In this document: positions 9,860 through 19,633 of the stretch, in pieces | Layout: every line of letters starts with the position of its first letter | Numbering within the stretch: the stretch's first letter is position 1 | Virus record (IMG/VR): IMGVR_UViG_3300043754_000129 | Span: 32,001-96,000 of that record | Reading direction: 5' to 3' (one strand) | Source: a virus | Lineage: Duplodnaviria; Caudoviricetes | Length of the DNA: 64,000 bases | Made by a program: the position numbers and the translations under genes | The notes under the pieces: model-generated | The model's database searches: none | What the model saw: the letters and a program-made list of their open reading frames with translations, nothing else | What the model was told of the DNA's origin: nothing

Positions 9860-10693
9860 TTAGAACATCGGGTGCGCGATCAGATTCTGGTAAGCCGCTG
9901 CGAGCTTATCGTCGTACGCATTCTGGGCGTGTTCGTTCACACCGTTGTACTGCTGCGCGAAGCTCACCCAGTTGTGGGTCACGAGTGCTTGCAGCATGTG
10001 GCCGCCGTTCATGTCCTTCAGGTAGGTCACGAACGCTTCGAGCTGGTTCTGCTCGTTGACTGCCATCGCATTGGTGAAGTCCTCGATGTTCGAGAAGCCG
10101 CACTGGATGTAGTAGTAGCCCATGATCTGGAACAGGCCCCACGACGCGCAACGCAGCGCGAGGTCAGGCGACACGCCGTACTGCGTGCAGATTGCTTGAG
10201 CGGCCTTGAGGCGCTGGTGTTCAGCCGGGCCACCTTGATAGCCACCAGGCGTCGTGTTGCAGAGCAGCGGGTTGGCTGCGACGATCTGGGTGACGGTAGC
10301 TTGCGGGAGAACGGTAAGCAACGTGCGGTAGAACTGTGCGCGTTCGAAGAGGATCGTGACCGAGCCGTCGTTGAAGAAGCCTGCGCCCGAGGTCTCGACC
10401 TGGCAGACGGTTTCAACGGTTGCGGCGTCCGTACCGAGCTCCTGAGCGGCTTGCTGGTACGCGGCAAGGGTCAGGTACTTGCCAGCGATGAAAGGCGCTG
10501 CAAGGGCTGCTGTGGCGGCGTCATAGACACCAGTGACAGGCAGGTTGCACAGATGCTGATACGTGCAGAGAGCAGCGACAGACTTCGGACCGAACTGACC
10601 ATCCGCGGTCAGATTGGCGCCAGTCTTTTCGTTGATCGCACGCTGAATGAGTTTGGTATATGCGACGGTGGTCCCAGCCGGCAAAGCGCTCAT
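9860..10693 (-). CDS. Endolysin: N-terminal peptidoglycan-binding domain plus DUF3380-type muramidase
   Basis: PG-binding repeat (ADGQFGPKSVAAL...LPVTGVYD) and muramidase motifs VETSGAGF, ILFER, ASWGLFQIMG. Confidence 0.88.
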   Translation of the reverse strand: MSALPAGTTVAYTKLIQRAINEKTGANLTADGQFGPKSVAALCTYQHLCNLPVTGVYDAATAALAAPFIAGKYLTLAAYQQAAQELGTDAATVETVCQVETSGAGFFNDGSVTILFERAQFYRTLLTVLPQATVTQIVAANPLLCNTTPGGYQGGPAEHQRLKAAQAICTQYGVSPDLALRCASWGLFQIMGYYYIQCGFSNIEDFTNAMAVNEQNQLEAFVTYLKDMNGGHMLQALVTHNWVSFAQQYNGVNEHAQNAYDDKLAAAYQNLIAHPMF

Positions 10694-10808
10694 GGTTGTA
10701 ATCCTGAGAGACAAAAATCAAGTAGACGGAGTAAAACCCTCAACATCAGGAACCCGGTTTAGAGGGCCCTGATGTTGAGGGTGCTCACAGGATAAGTGAG
10801 GGTCGGGG

Positions 10809-10982
10809 TTACTCGTCCTTCGTCTGCTCAATGCGCTCGATTTTGTTGATCAAACGCGTGACTTGGCGGCGCTCCATACGGCGTGCGACCGGGCGTTGCT
10901 TGCGCGACGGGCCGCAGCACGGGCACTTCCAACCACCCGGACCATACGAAGCGATGCGATGACAAAAGGCTTTTGCTTTCAT
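10809..10982 (-). CDS. Small basic Cys-containing protein (57 aa)
   Basis: Read by eye, below the ORF-track cutoff: AAGGA RBS, MKAKAFCHRIASYGPGGWKCPCCGPSRKQR...KDE*. Confidence 0.5.
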   Translation of the reverse strand: MKAKAFCHRIASYGPGGWKCPCCGPSRKQRPVARRMERRQVTRLINKIERIEQTKDE

Positions 10983-11231
10983 GACAGGTTTCCTTGTTAA
11001 GGTTCACTATGTCACGATTGCCTCCGCTACAGGTTAAGTTTACTCTCCACCGTACAACAGACGGCTTCTCTTTCTTTCCAGTGGCAACACCACCAGCACC
11101 GAACCAGTCCATCGGTCCAGTGCCGTTTCGGGGTCACTAAGCTGAGCACCGGGGCGGGACTCACAGTCCCGTCTGGTACCGGTACTCGCAGGGCTGTCTC
11201 CACGCTCATGCCAACTCCTACTGCGCAGCGA

Positions 11232-11384
11232 TTAGATCAAGCAGCCGCCGCCACGGCGTTCTTTTGCCGGGCACGCACTCAGACGGTTAGCCCAAGCACG
11301 TTGACGGTAATGCTTGATGACACCCGTGCCAATCCACAGGCACGCCACCGTAGCGGCGCCCCAGACGTAGGACAGGATGTCCAT
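11232..11384 (-). CDS. Small membrane protein (50 aa)
   Basis: Read by eye: MDILSYVWGAATVACLWIGTGVIKHYRQR... with an N-terminal hydrophobic helix, starting 3 nt after the upstream stop. Confidence 0.4.
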   Translation of the reverse strand: MDILSYVWGAATVACLWIGTGVIKHYRQRAWANRLSACPAKERRGGGCLI

Positions 11385-11386
11385 GC

Positions 11387-12616
11387 TTACTTGCCGAAGA
11401 AGGCAGCAAGCTTCACGCGGCCGCGCTCGCTCAGACCGTACTTCGTGATGTTCTCGAAGTGGATCTGGTGGACGAGCTGTTGACGCGTTTGCGGATTCGC
11501 GAGCGTCTTCAGGAGCGTGATGATCTTGCGGAAGCCGAAACGATGGTCGGTCGACAGCGGGATGTGCTCGACGAATCGGAACACGTGCGTTTCCTTGAAC
11601 GCGCCTTCACGGTGGTGATGGAGCAGTGCGAGGATCGCTTGCATCGTCGGACGGAAGTCGCCTTCGAGGTTGTTGATCGCGGAGAGCAGCGCGTTGTAGA
11701 AGCCGACCTGTTGCAGGATGCCGTCCTTCTGCGCGATCGGCTTGCCCGGCTTCATCTTCACGATGTATTCCTTGATCGTGTTGATGATGATCTGCGCTTC
11801 CATCGACGCGCCCGTCATGAGCTTCTCGACGATCTGGTCGACTTCGCTGATGCCCGTTTGCACGGCCGGCAGCACGACGGCTTCTTCCTTCGCGACGACA
11901 GCCGGCGCTTCGACCTTCAGCGAGCGGTCTTGCGTACCGAGCACGTTCGTGACCGGCGAGGGCGAACCCTTGAAGTCCGGGTTGGGTTGCTGCGGCACCA
12001 GGGTCTTGAGACCGTTGGCGCTGTTGGCGACCTGCGGGAGCGTGCCCGCGCCGTTGGCGTTGTTGCTGACGATGGTGCCCGTGACGACCGGAGCGGCCGG
12101 CGTTTGCGGCACGTTGGCGGCAGCGTTGCCCTGGATCACGTCCTTGACTTCTTGCACGACGTTCTTCACGGCGTTTTCCGCGCCTTCGACCGCACCTTCA
12201 ATGGCGTCTTCGATCTTTGCGACTTCGCCTTCGATCGCACCTTCGATCTTCTTCACCCACGACACGCCTTCCGGCTGGGCAGCGCCCGGAACCACGGGGA
12301 CGCCTTGCGAGTCGAGGACCGGATCAACCGGGGAGGTCGATTGTGACGATTCGCCCGAGCATGAAGTGTCCGCAGATGCCGTCGGGACGTTGGGCAAGGT
12401 GGAGGCGACGGGGGCGGGCTGGCTGATCGGCGAGCCCTGCGCGTTCAGGATTTCCTGACCCTGCTGCTGGGGCGTCTGCACTGCGATCGTCGCCGCGCTG
12501 TCCGAAGCTTGCGCGGACGACGTTCCCACGTTTCCCTGTGCACCGCCTTGCGGGGCTTCCGCGCCAGCGTGGTGGAACGGGTTGACCACAATACCTTGTT
12601 TCTGTTCTTCGCTCAT
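11387..12616 (-). CDS. Hypothetical protein with long disordered A/P/Q/V-rich N-terminus and helical C-terminal domain
   Basis: 409-aa ORF with strong codon bias, in the operon after the vRNAP subunit. Confidence 0.75.
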   Translation of the reverse strand: MSEEQKQGIVVNPFHHAGAEAPQGGAQGNVGTSSAQASDSAATIAVQTPQQQGQEILNAQGSPISQPAPVASTLPNVPTASADTSCSGESSQSTSPVDPVLDSQGVPVVPGAAQPEGVSWVKKIEGAIEGEVAKIEDAIEGAVEGAENAVKNVVQEVKDVIQGNAAANVPQTPAAPVVTGTIVSNNANGAGTLPQVANSANGLKTLVPQQPNPDFKGSPSPVTNVLGTQDRSLKVEAPAVVAKEEAVVLPAVQTGISEVDQIVEKLMTGASMEAQIIINTIKEYIVKMKPGKPIAQKDGILQQVGFYNALLSAINNLEGDFRPTMQAILALLHHHREGAFKETHVFRFVEHIPLSTDHRFGFRKIITLLKTLANPQTRQQLVHQIHFENITKYGLSERGRVKLAAFFGK

Positions 12617-12638
12617 TGCTATATTTTCCAGGTTGGAG

Positions 12639-13985
12639 TTACATCAGTGCGGTTTGGTAATTCATCCGACGCGTTTGCAGGGACTTGCCGTGCATGGCCT
12701 TCATCGAGATCAGCATGAAGGTCGAGCCGTATTCAGAGATCGCCGACGAGAGAGCGGTCGGGTTGACGGAAAGTCGATCTCCCACACATGTTGCGCAGTA
12801 GTCAGTTTTGTCCAAATTGCAGAACATCGGACTGCGAAGCATGATGTGTTTTCCCAGATACTTCTCAGCATCCTGGGGCGAGTTGACTTTCTCATGACCC
12901 GCTTGGGTAACGACCGAGAAGCCCGGCAGTTTGTAGACGTTCTTCTTGTCGACGAGCATCGGCAGGCCGAGCTTCGTGCCACAGTCAGCCTTGGTGATGA
13001 CCATGTTCGAGGAAGCACGCAGCAGCCACTTCACGGCTTCACCACCGAGCATCGTTTCAGCACCGCGGTTGTACGAACCCGCCCGCAGGCTGTCCATCAT
13101 CGCGGGGAACTTCTCGACGTTCCAGGTCTCCGAGAGCGAGGTGTCGATGAGATCCATCCCGCCTTCACCGAAGCCGAACTCCGCACCGTGCATCAGGAAC
13201 ACCTTGGAGCGCACCACGTCGAAGAACTTATCCTTGATCAGGAAGTTCTCCGCTTCATCGCCCTTGAGGTATTCCTTGTCGTAGGCAATGAGTTGCTTCA
13301 TGATCGCGGCAATCACAGCCGGATCGTGCAGGCGACCCTTGTTCTCTTTCAGGAGCTTCTCGCGCAGTTCCTTGATGCCAGGCGGGGCCACCATTTCCTT
13401 GGCGGTCTTCGCCGGCACACACAGCTGCGTGTAGCCTGCCAAGTGGAACATCGCGTCACAGAACTTCACGTACTCCGAGACGGTCAGGGGAGCGTCCGTG
13501 CCTTCACCCACGGGCGGAGCATGCACAATCCCCATGGGCATCTGGTGCGTGGACGGATTCGTTTCCACCACCCGGTTCAGGAGCTCTTGCTCGATCTTCT
13601 CGGCATTCACCCGACCGACCTTGTACTTCACCTTGTTGCCAAACGGCCAGATGAGACAGGTGTAGTTGAAGAGGATGTTGCCGTAGCTCGTGGTGACTTC
13701 CGCGTCGTAGAGGTTCTCGACCTCACCGTGCTTGATGTCCACCGAGTCCTTGAAGGCGAATGGCGGTTGACCAGCCGGGGCGTCCTCGAGCATCGAGAGC
13801 GCCCCACCCTTGTCCGGGTCGATGAAGAAGTGACCCGCGGGCGTCTGCACGATGCGATACGGATACGGTTCCTTCTTCCACTGGTCCGGGATCTCCTTCA
13901 CCAGGCTGAAGGCGGAGATGACCCAAGCCTTACGCTTGTACTCCCCAGCCTTCATGGCCTTCAGGAAGAATTCACGACGATGCAT
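12639..13985 (-). CDS. Virion RNA polymerase beta' C-terminal subunit (phiKZ gp80-like)
   Basis: ADCGT, Zn site LRSPMFC...CATCVG, and trigger-loop-like SEYGSTFMLISMKAMH. 448 aa. Confidence 0.8.
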   Translation of the reverse strand: MHRREFFLKAMKAGEYKRKAWVISAFSLVKEIPDQWKKEPYPYRIVQTPAGHFFIDPDKGGALSMLEDAPAGQPPFAFKDSVDIKHGEVENLYDAEVTTSYGNILFNYTCLIWPFGNKVKYKVGRVNAEKIEQELLNRVVETNPSTHQMPMGIVHAPPVGEGTDAPLTVSEYVKFCDAMFHLAGYTQLCVPAKTAKEMVAPPGIKELREKLLKENKGRLHDPAVIAAIMKQLIAYDKEYLKGDEAENFLIKDKFFDVVRSKVFLMHGAEFGFGEGGMDLIDTSLSETWNVEKFPAMMDSLRAGSYNRGAETMLGGEAVKWLLRASSNMVITKADCGTKLGLPMLVDKKNVYKLPGFSVVTQAGHEKVNSPQDAEKYLGKHIMLRSPMFCNLDKTDYCATCVGDRLSVNPTALSSAISEYGSTFMLISMKAMHGKSLQTRRMNYQTALM

Positions 13986-14871
13986 TTGTCTTCACTCCCG
14001 TAGTGAGATAGGTTTGGTAGCGCAGGAGCAGATCGTTCACCGCGATCGAGACACGCGTGAGCTTGTCCAGGTCGACGATGTAGTGTTCCAGATGCGATTC
14101 AATGATCGCGCGCGGGCTGGCATTGCCGTCGGTGGAGACGAGCGCGCAGCAGATGAGGTTGGCGGCGCACTCGACGTCTTCGAGCGTCGCCACCGTTTCG
14201 CCCGTCAGGTTCATGTAGACGACGAACGGATACCCCACGTCCATGCCTTCATTGAAGTAACGGTCCATGAGGATGAGCACGTTCGTGGTCGGCGCCATCT
14301 TACCATCCTTGAAGCGCAGCGAGGCCTTGAAGTCCTTGAAGGCTTTCACGTACGGACCGCGGTGATCCTCGTGTTCCTTCTCACCTTCCTTGAAGGCGTT
14401 GGCTTGGCTGGCCAGTTCGATGATGCGCACGATGGTCCGCTGGGACACGTCATGCAAATCGACCAACCATTCTTCGGGCGGTGTGGCGGTGCACGAGGCC
14501 AGGATCTCGGCGAGGAGTTCCGTCGGATGGAGCTCGAGTGCAGCACGCTCCAGCACCTTGGCCGGATCATCCGAGGCTTCCACGCTGTGAATGCCGGTGA
14601 GGAAGCGCGTGAGGTGTTCCACCCGAATCTCGGGGTCGACCTCGATACCGAGTTGCTTGAGCACCTGGATCTGATAGTTCCGGGTGGTTTCGTAGACGTT
14701 GTTGGACGTCTCGCCCTGATCGACTGCATCGTCGAGCATGAGCAGCTGGACGAAGTCGCCCTGGTAGTCATCGTTGATGAACAGGTCCAGGCTCGCATGG
14801 GCTTCGCGAATCATCTCGACGAACTCAGGCGAATTCGTGGCGGTCAGCGCACTTTGCAGGATATCGAGCAT
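13972..14871 (-). CDS. Conserved hypothetical protein (phiKZ gp79 position)
   Basis: 299-aa ORF overlapping the vRNAP gene; identity by synteny only. Confidence 0.65.
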   Translation of the reverse strand: MLDILQSALTATNSPEFVEMIREAHASLDLFINDDYQGDFVQLLMLDDAVDQGETSNNVYETTRNYQIQVLKQLGIEVDPEIRVEHLTRFLTGIHSVEASDDPAKVLERAALELHPTELLAEILASCTATPPEEWLVDLHDVSQRTIVRIIELASQANAFKEGEKEHEDHRGPYVKAFKDFKASLRFKDGKMAPTTNVLILMDRYFNEGMDVGYPFVVYMNLTGETVATLEDVECAANLICCALVSTDGNASPRAIIESHLEHYIVDLDKLTRVSIAVNDLLLRYQTYLTTGVKTNASS

Positions 14872-15049
14872 GTTTTCTCTGTGATAGTAAAAAATGTATT
14901 TTAATACCGATGTCGCGCATGCTGTAGCGGGATATACCGTTTACATACACTTTCGGTATGTCACGAGTCATCGGGGTCGATAGTCGTAACGTATCAAATG
15001 ATGAATCGAACCAATTGGACCAATTCAAACTAATAGGCAGGGCAGTATC

Positions 15050-15976
15050 ATGACGAAGAAGAGCGCAAGCCGGATCCAACGCGACCGTGTGAAGAAGATG
15101 CAGGCTGACCTCGCTTCGGGCGTGGCCAAGCCGGCTACACCGCGTCAGCACGCGCCTGCAAACATCGGTGCCTTCAAGGCGACCGACGGGGGTTTCAAGT
15201 TGTCACCAGCAGATCGTATCCTGGCTGAATGCCGCCAGGGCCTGGGCCTCGTGCCCGAACAACAGAAGAACACGTGCTGGGACGACCTCACGGGCGTGTA
15301 TCGCGAGTGCACCTCGCTCCTGTTCCAACACACCATGATTTCGCAGCTCCTGACCGACAAGGATCTGCTCCAGTATCTGGACGACCACAATACGTTCAAT
15401 CTGAATGTGAAGCAATTCGCAGCCGACCTCGGCCAGATGAACGTCGAACTCCAGAACCTGCACGCGCTGCACGCTGACAAGGTCGGCGGCACGGACGATC
15501 AGGACCAGCTGATCCACTCGATCAACATCTATGAACAATATCGTTTGTGGATGGAGCGTCACGATGCGGTCGTCAAGCCCGTCGTCATGCAGATCCTCGA
15601 ACAGACCAACGCAGCAGAACTGAAGCGCAATGCAGCCAATCAAGCGGCCGCTGAAGGCATGATTGCCGCTGAAGTCCCGGCTGAAACGGTCGACGCTGGC
15701 GTCCTCGACGTGAACACGATCACGGACGTCGAATTCCGAGATGCCGTGCAAACGGCTGAACCCAACATCGTGCCGGCGCCCAAGCAGTATGGTCGCGGCG
15801 AACAACCTTCGATCATCCATGTGGATGAATCGCCGTTCCAGAAGGAAATTCGTGGCGCCAACAGTCCCATCGCGCACATCGATGAGGCTGCCTTCTTCGC
15901 CCCGGGTCACAAGCCCGAAGGTGAAGCGCATGCCCACCACGGCACGCACCACAAGCACGAACATCACGCTGTCTAA
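15050..15976 (+). CDS. Hypothetical protein, coiled-coil core with His-rich C-terminus
   Basis: 308 aa, ends HAHHGTHHKHEHHAV. Confidence 0.7.
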   Translation: MTKKSASRIQRDRVKKMQADLASGVAKPATPRQHAPANIGAFKATDGGFKLSPADRILAECRQGLGLVPEQQKNTCWDDLTGVYRECTSLLFQHTMISQLLTDKDLLQYLDDHNTFNLNVKQFAADLGQMNVELQNLHALHADKVGGTDDQDQLIHSINIYEQYRLWMERHDAVVKPVVMQILEQTNAAELKRNAANQAAAEGMIAAEVPAETVDAGVLDVNTITDVEFRDAVQTAEPNIVPAPKQYGRGEQPSIIHVDESPFQKEIRGANSPIAHIDEAAFFAPGHKPEGEAHAHHGTHHKHEHHAV

Positions 15977-15996
15977 CAAGAACGGACCACAGCACA

Positions 15997-17580
15997 ATGA
16001 CTCAAGAGAACCAAGGTCTTTCAACCGATCTCGTGTTGGAAGACGACGGCTCGGTGGCGGGGCAACCCGCCCAGAACGGGGGCTTCGATGTTGTCCCCGA
16101 AGATACCGTAGCTGCCCCGGTGGAAGTGGCAGCAGAAGCAGCACAGAAAGCCGGCGATGAAAAGGCGGAATCGCAAGAGAGTGGCATTGGCTACCTCCCG
16201 CCGTCGGCAACCACGCAACAAGATCACGAGGTCTTCGCGGGCCTCGGCAAGGACTGGGAAGACGGCGATGTGACCATCGTCGGGATGGCGGACACGCGGG
16301 ATCGTACGCGTGACGCTATCAACGGTTTGCCCAACGTCGATCCGACCAGCACGGAAGCGGGTCGCGAGTGGGCCGGCTACATGCAAGAGTCGCTCAACTC
16401 GGTGCCGGCCCGTGACCAGTGGCGTTCCTCGTTGGACCGTGACGGTTCGGCCTGGCGTCAGCAAGTCGACTCCGAGCGCGGCCCGCTGCGCATGGGTGCT
16501 CTCTCCTTCGGTAACAACGACAGCGGCGTGCTGTCGGGTGAAAAGGCTGTGCTGCGCATTCGTGCGCAAGTCGGTCTGGGCCACGTCATTCAAGTGCCCC
16601 TCTGGCACTCGGGTTTCTGGGTCTCGGTGAAGGCGCCGTCGGATTCGGCCATGATCGAACTCAATCGTCGTTTGCTCGACGAGAAGGTGGTCGTGGGTCG
16701 GACGACGAACGGTCTGGCCTTTGCCAACACCTCGTCCTATATCTCGCAGGTGCTGCTCGACTTCGTGATGGATTACATCTACGACACGACGCTGCAAGAG
16801 AAGGACAAGAACGTGATCCGTTCGATGATCCAGTCGCATGATCTGCCGCTCCTCGAATGGGGTCTGGCCTGTGCAGTCTGGCCGCGTGGCTTCCAATACG
16901 CGCGTCCTTACATCGATCCGATCAACAGCGCCGAGAAGATCATCAAGGGCAAGCTGATGGTCAGCAAGCTCGTGTGGACGGACACCAAGGCGTTCACGTC
17001 GTGGCAAGTCGGTCACATGGCCAACAAGGTCAGCGGCTCGATGTCGACCGAAATGGTCAAGCGTTATCGTTCGGAATTCACGATCGGTCAAGCGCGTCGC
17101 ATCGACCTGGCCTCGAACCTGGCGATCACGCTGAAGGTGCCCAACGTCGTCGACTATGTCAACGCCGGTACGCGCTGGGTGGCCGAGATCACGCAGACGG
17201 TGGATGCGGCGTTTGCCGAACCGCCGGAAGACAATCGTCGTGCCAACCTGATCGTGCAACACGGTCAAGCCACGGCGATGCGTCAGTACACGCACTGGGT
17301 GGAAGCAATTCACTCGGGCAACGCGAGCATCGTCGATTCGGAAACGATCGAGAACGTGCTCAACGATCTGTCGGCAGACGACGACATCCGGACGAAGTTC
17401 TTCGACGAAGTGCGCAAGTACATCGACGACACGACCATCGCCCTGATCGGTACGCCGGCGGCTGAACACGAGAAGGCGGACACGCTGCCGCGCTTCCCGC
17501 ACGTGCTGCCGATGAACGTCGAGCACACTTTTTTTACCCTGCTCGAGCAGAAGGTGATGCGGATCAGCCAGCGCATCTAA
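15997..17580 (+). CDS. Conserved hypothetical protein (phiKZ gp77 position)
   Basis: 527-aa ORF with strong codon bias; identity by synteny only. Confidence 0.7.
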   Translation: MTQENQGLSTDLVLEDDGSVAGQPAQNGGFDVVPEDTVAAPVEVAAEAAQKAGDEKAESQESGIGYLPPSATTQQDHEVFAGLGKDWEDGDVTIVGMADTRDRTRDAINGLPNVDPTSTEAGREWAGYMQESLNSVPARDQWRSSLDRDGSAWRQQVDSERGPLRMGALSFGNNDSGVLSGEKAVLRIRAQVGLGHVIQVPLWHSGFWVSVKAPSDSAMIELNRRLLDEKVVVGRTTNGLAFANTSSYISQVLLDFVMDYIYDTTLQEKDKNVIRSMIQSHDLPLLEWGLACAVWPRGFQYARPYIDPINSAEKIIKGKLMVSKLVWTDTKAFTSWQVGHMANKVSGSMSTEMVKRYRSEFTIGQARRIDLASNLAITLKVPNVVDYVNAGTRWVAEITQTVDAAFAEPPEDNRRANLIVQHGQATAMRQYTHWVEAIHSGNASIVDSETIENVLNDLSADDDIRTKFFDEVRKYIDDTTIALIGTPAAEHEKADTLPRFPHVLPMNVEHTFFTLLEQKVMRISQRI

Positions 17581-17594
17581 AGTTAAGGCACGTC

Positions 17595-18023
17595 GTGCAG
17601 CCCGACTTCGGGGCACATGTTCCGGAGGATAACCTCCTGCGGAAAGTGATTGAGACTGGACCCGTGGTGAAGAACTCATCCGATCTCCAGTTGATGCTGC
17701 GCGACATGTACGAGACGACGTACGGCATTTACGATCACAACAAGGATCGCGATGAGGACTTGCTGAGTCTCGTTGAGATTCGAGAAAGTGAAGACGCGAG
17801 TGTCGGCGGCCATCTGTACGAGCGGATTCGGCAATACGACAAACGTGAAATCCTGAAGTTCTTTGGATTGGACGTGACCCAATTCCTGGACCTACCGACG
17901 GACATTGCGAACTATCTGGTGGAGCTGTCTCTCCAGAAGCAAGCGAGTAACCACAACGTAGCCCGGGATGCGGAACAACAGGTTCAGCAACAGCTGGGCC
18001 TCTTTGATAATCAACCTGTTTGA
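17595..18023 (+). CDS. Hypothetical protein
   Basis: 142-aa ORF, GTG start, in the same operon. Confidence 0.6.
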   Translation: MQPDFGAHVPEDNLLRKVIETGPVVKNSSDLQLMLRDMYETTYGIYDHNKDRDEDLLSLVEIRESEDASVGGHLYERIRQYDKREILKFFGLDVTQFLDLPTDIANYLVELSLQKQASNHNVARDAEQQVQQQLGLFDNQPV

Positions 18024-18042
18024 TTACTGAGCGGAGGATGGC

Positions 18043-18504
18043 ATGATCGTAACAACGCAAGTGGAAGACATCTTGACGTCCCCTGCTCAGACTCTCATTC
18101 TGCCGTGTAACACGGTGGGAGCGCTTGGTGCAGGCCTTGCCAAGAAGTTCAAAGAGAAGTGGCCAGAGATTGAATGGCCGTATAAGTATCAGTGCCAGAC
18201 GTTCCAGTTGGAATCGAATGGCCTGTATTGCTATCGACTGAAGACCAAGCTGCCCAAGCAGATTCTGTTCTTCCCAACCAAGAAGCACTGGAAACATCCC
18301 TCGAAGTTGCACTACATCGAGAAAGGACTTCTGAAGTTGGTGAAGGACTATGAGCGGTATGGGATCACGTCGTTGGCAGTGCCTATGCTCGGTTGCGGGC
18401 TTGGGCAATTGGAATGGGAAGATGTGTATCCGATGATCTTGGAGCACTTGGACCCGTTGCCAATTCCGGTGCGCATTTGTTTGTCGCCGGAGAAGCAATG
18501 GTAG
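18043..18504 (+). CDS. Macrodomain protein, DarG/TARG1-like ADP-ribose glycohydrolase
   Basis: PCNTVGALGAGLA, FPTKKHW and AVPMLGCGLGQLEW match the DarG-type macrodomain signature. Confidence 0.82.
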   Translation: MIVTTQVEDILTSPAQTLILPCNTVGALGAGLAKKFKEKWPEIEWPYKYQCQTFQLESNGLYCYRLKTKLPKQILFFPTKKHWKHPSKLHYIEKGLLKLVKDYERYGITSLAVPMLGCGLGQLEWEDVYPMILEHLDPLPIPVRICLSPEKQW

Positions 18505-18572
18505 TACGGTAGGACCTTAATGGTGGGGGTGGTGGGATTCGAAACTTTTCCATCCACATTAAGGGTTTCGAA

Positions 18573-19139
18573 ATGAAGAAGATTGTCTCGCTGTTTTGCC
18601 GTAACTGGGAAGTACGTGAAGCCGACGGTGGTCACCTGGTCAAGAACGAGGTGATGGCAGAAGCGGAATGGGTCGTGAAGGGAGAGGGTGTCGCCACTCG
18701 TAAGTGGGACGGTGTCGCGGTGCTGGTTCAGGACGGGCGCGTGTTCATGCGCTTTGATCTGAAGTCGGGACGCCAAGTGCCTGAAGGTTTTCTCCCGGCT
18801 CAGGATGCTCCGGATCCCAAGACTGGCCACTGGCCGGGCTGGGTGCCTGCTGATACGCCGGCTGGCAAGTACGTCATGGAAGCGGTGAACAAGGCGGGCG
18901 TGGTAGCTGACGGAACGTACGAAGTGTGTGGGCCGAAGATTGGGACGCGTCATGGCGCCAATCCCGAGAAGCTGTCGGAACACGTTCTGATCCCGCATGG
19001 GAAGGATGTGATCGATGACTGTCCGCGCACCTTTGACGAACTGAAGGCGTACCTGCAAGCACGCACGATTGAAGGCATCGTCTGGCATCACCCTGATGGC
19101 CGGATGGTGAAGATCAAGAAGGCGGACTTCCCGCTGTAA
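18573..19139 (+). CDS. RNA-ligase-like nucleotidyltransferase (DUF5565-like)
   Basis: KxDG motif (TRKWDG), YEVCG, EGIVW and C-terminal VKIK correspond to ligase motifs I, III, IV and V. Confidence 0.6.
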   Translation: MKKIVSLFCRNWEVREADGGHLVKNEVMAEAEWVVKGEGVATRKWDGVAVLVQDGRVFMRFDLKSGRQVPEGFLPAQDAPDPKTGHWPGWVPADTPAGKYVMEAVNKAGVVADGTYEVCGPKIGTRHGANPEKLSEHVLIPHGKDVIDDCPRTFDELKAYLQARTIEGIVWHHPDGRMVKIKKADFPL

Positions 19140-19159
19140 AGAAGCAAAAAAAGAAGGAA

Positions 19160-19196
19160 GCATAAGCGCCCCGGGTTTCCCCGGGGCTTTATGCCG
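19160..19196. terminator. Bidirectional hairpin terminator
   Basis: GCCCCGGG-TTTC-CCCGGGGC followed by TTTATGCCG, between convergent genes. Confidence 0.75.
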
Positions 19197-19201
19197 TTGG
19201 C

Positions 19202-19609
19202 TTATTCAGCCAGCAACTGCTCGAGCGTTACCGCTCCGCCGTTTCCTTCGGGCTCCTCGTACTGACGCATCGGGTAGCCCTTCGGTACAACGTGCAACGG
19301 CTCGCTACGGTCGTAGCACTTACCGCTCCAGTCCCACGACCAGGACATGTCACAGAAGGCCGCCATGCCGTTCTCCGGGCCTGCGTAACGGAAGACCGGA
19401 ATCCATTCCTCCGTCTCCCGCACGTAACGCCACTGGCTTTCCGACGCGCCCGGAACAGCCAGGAATTCCTCCGGCTGCAAATGGGTGTTTTGGATTACCA
19501 CTTGACGCCCAGCGATTTCACCCATAAGGCATTCGCTGTCACGCAGGTAGAGAGTTTGAATCTCTGCGAGCGTGTACACCTGCCCTGCCTTCGGATAAAT
19601 CTTTGTCAT
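19202..19609 (-). CDS. Hypothetical protein
   Basis: 135-aa ORF with AAGGAGG RBS. Confidence 0.65.
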   Translation of the reverse strand: MTKIYPKAGQVYTLAEIQTLYLRDSECLMGEIAGRQVVIQNTHLQPEEFLAVPGASESQWRYVRETEEWIPVFRYAGPENGMAAFCDMSWSWDWSGKCYDRSEPLHVVPKGYPMRQYEEPEGNGGAVTLEQLLAE

Positions 19610-19633
19610 GTTTGGCCTCCTTGCCTGATGACG

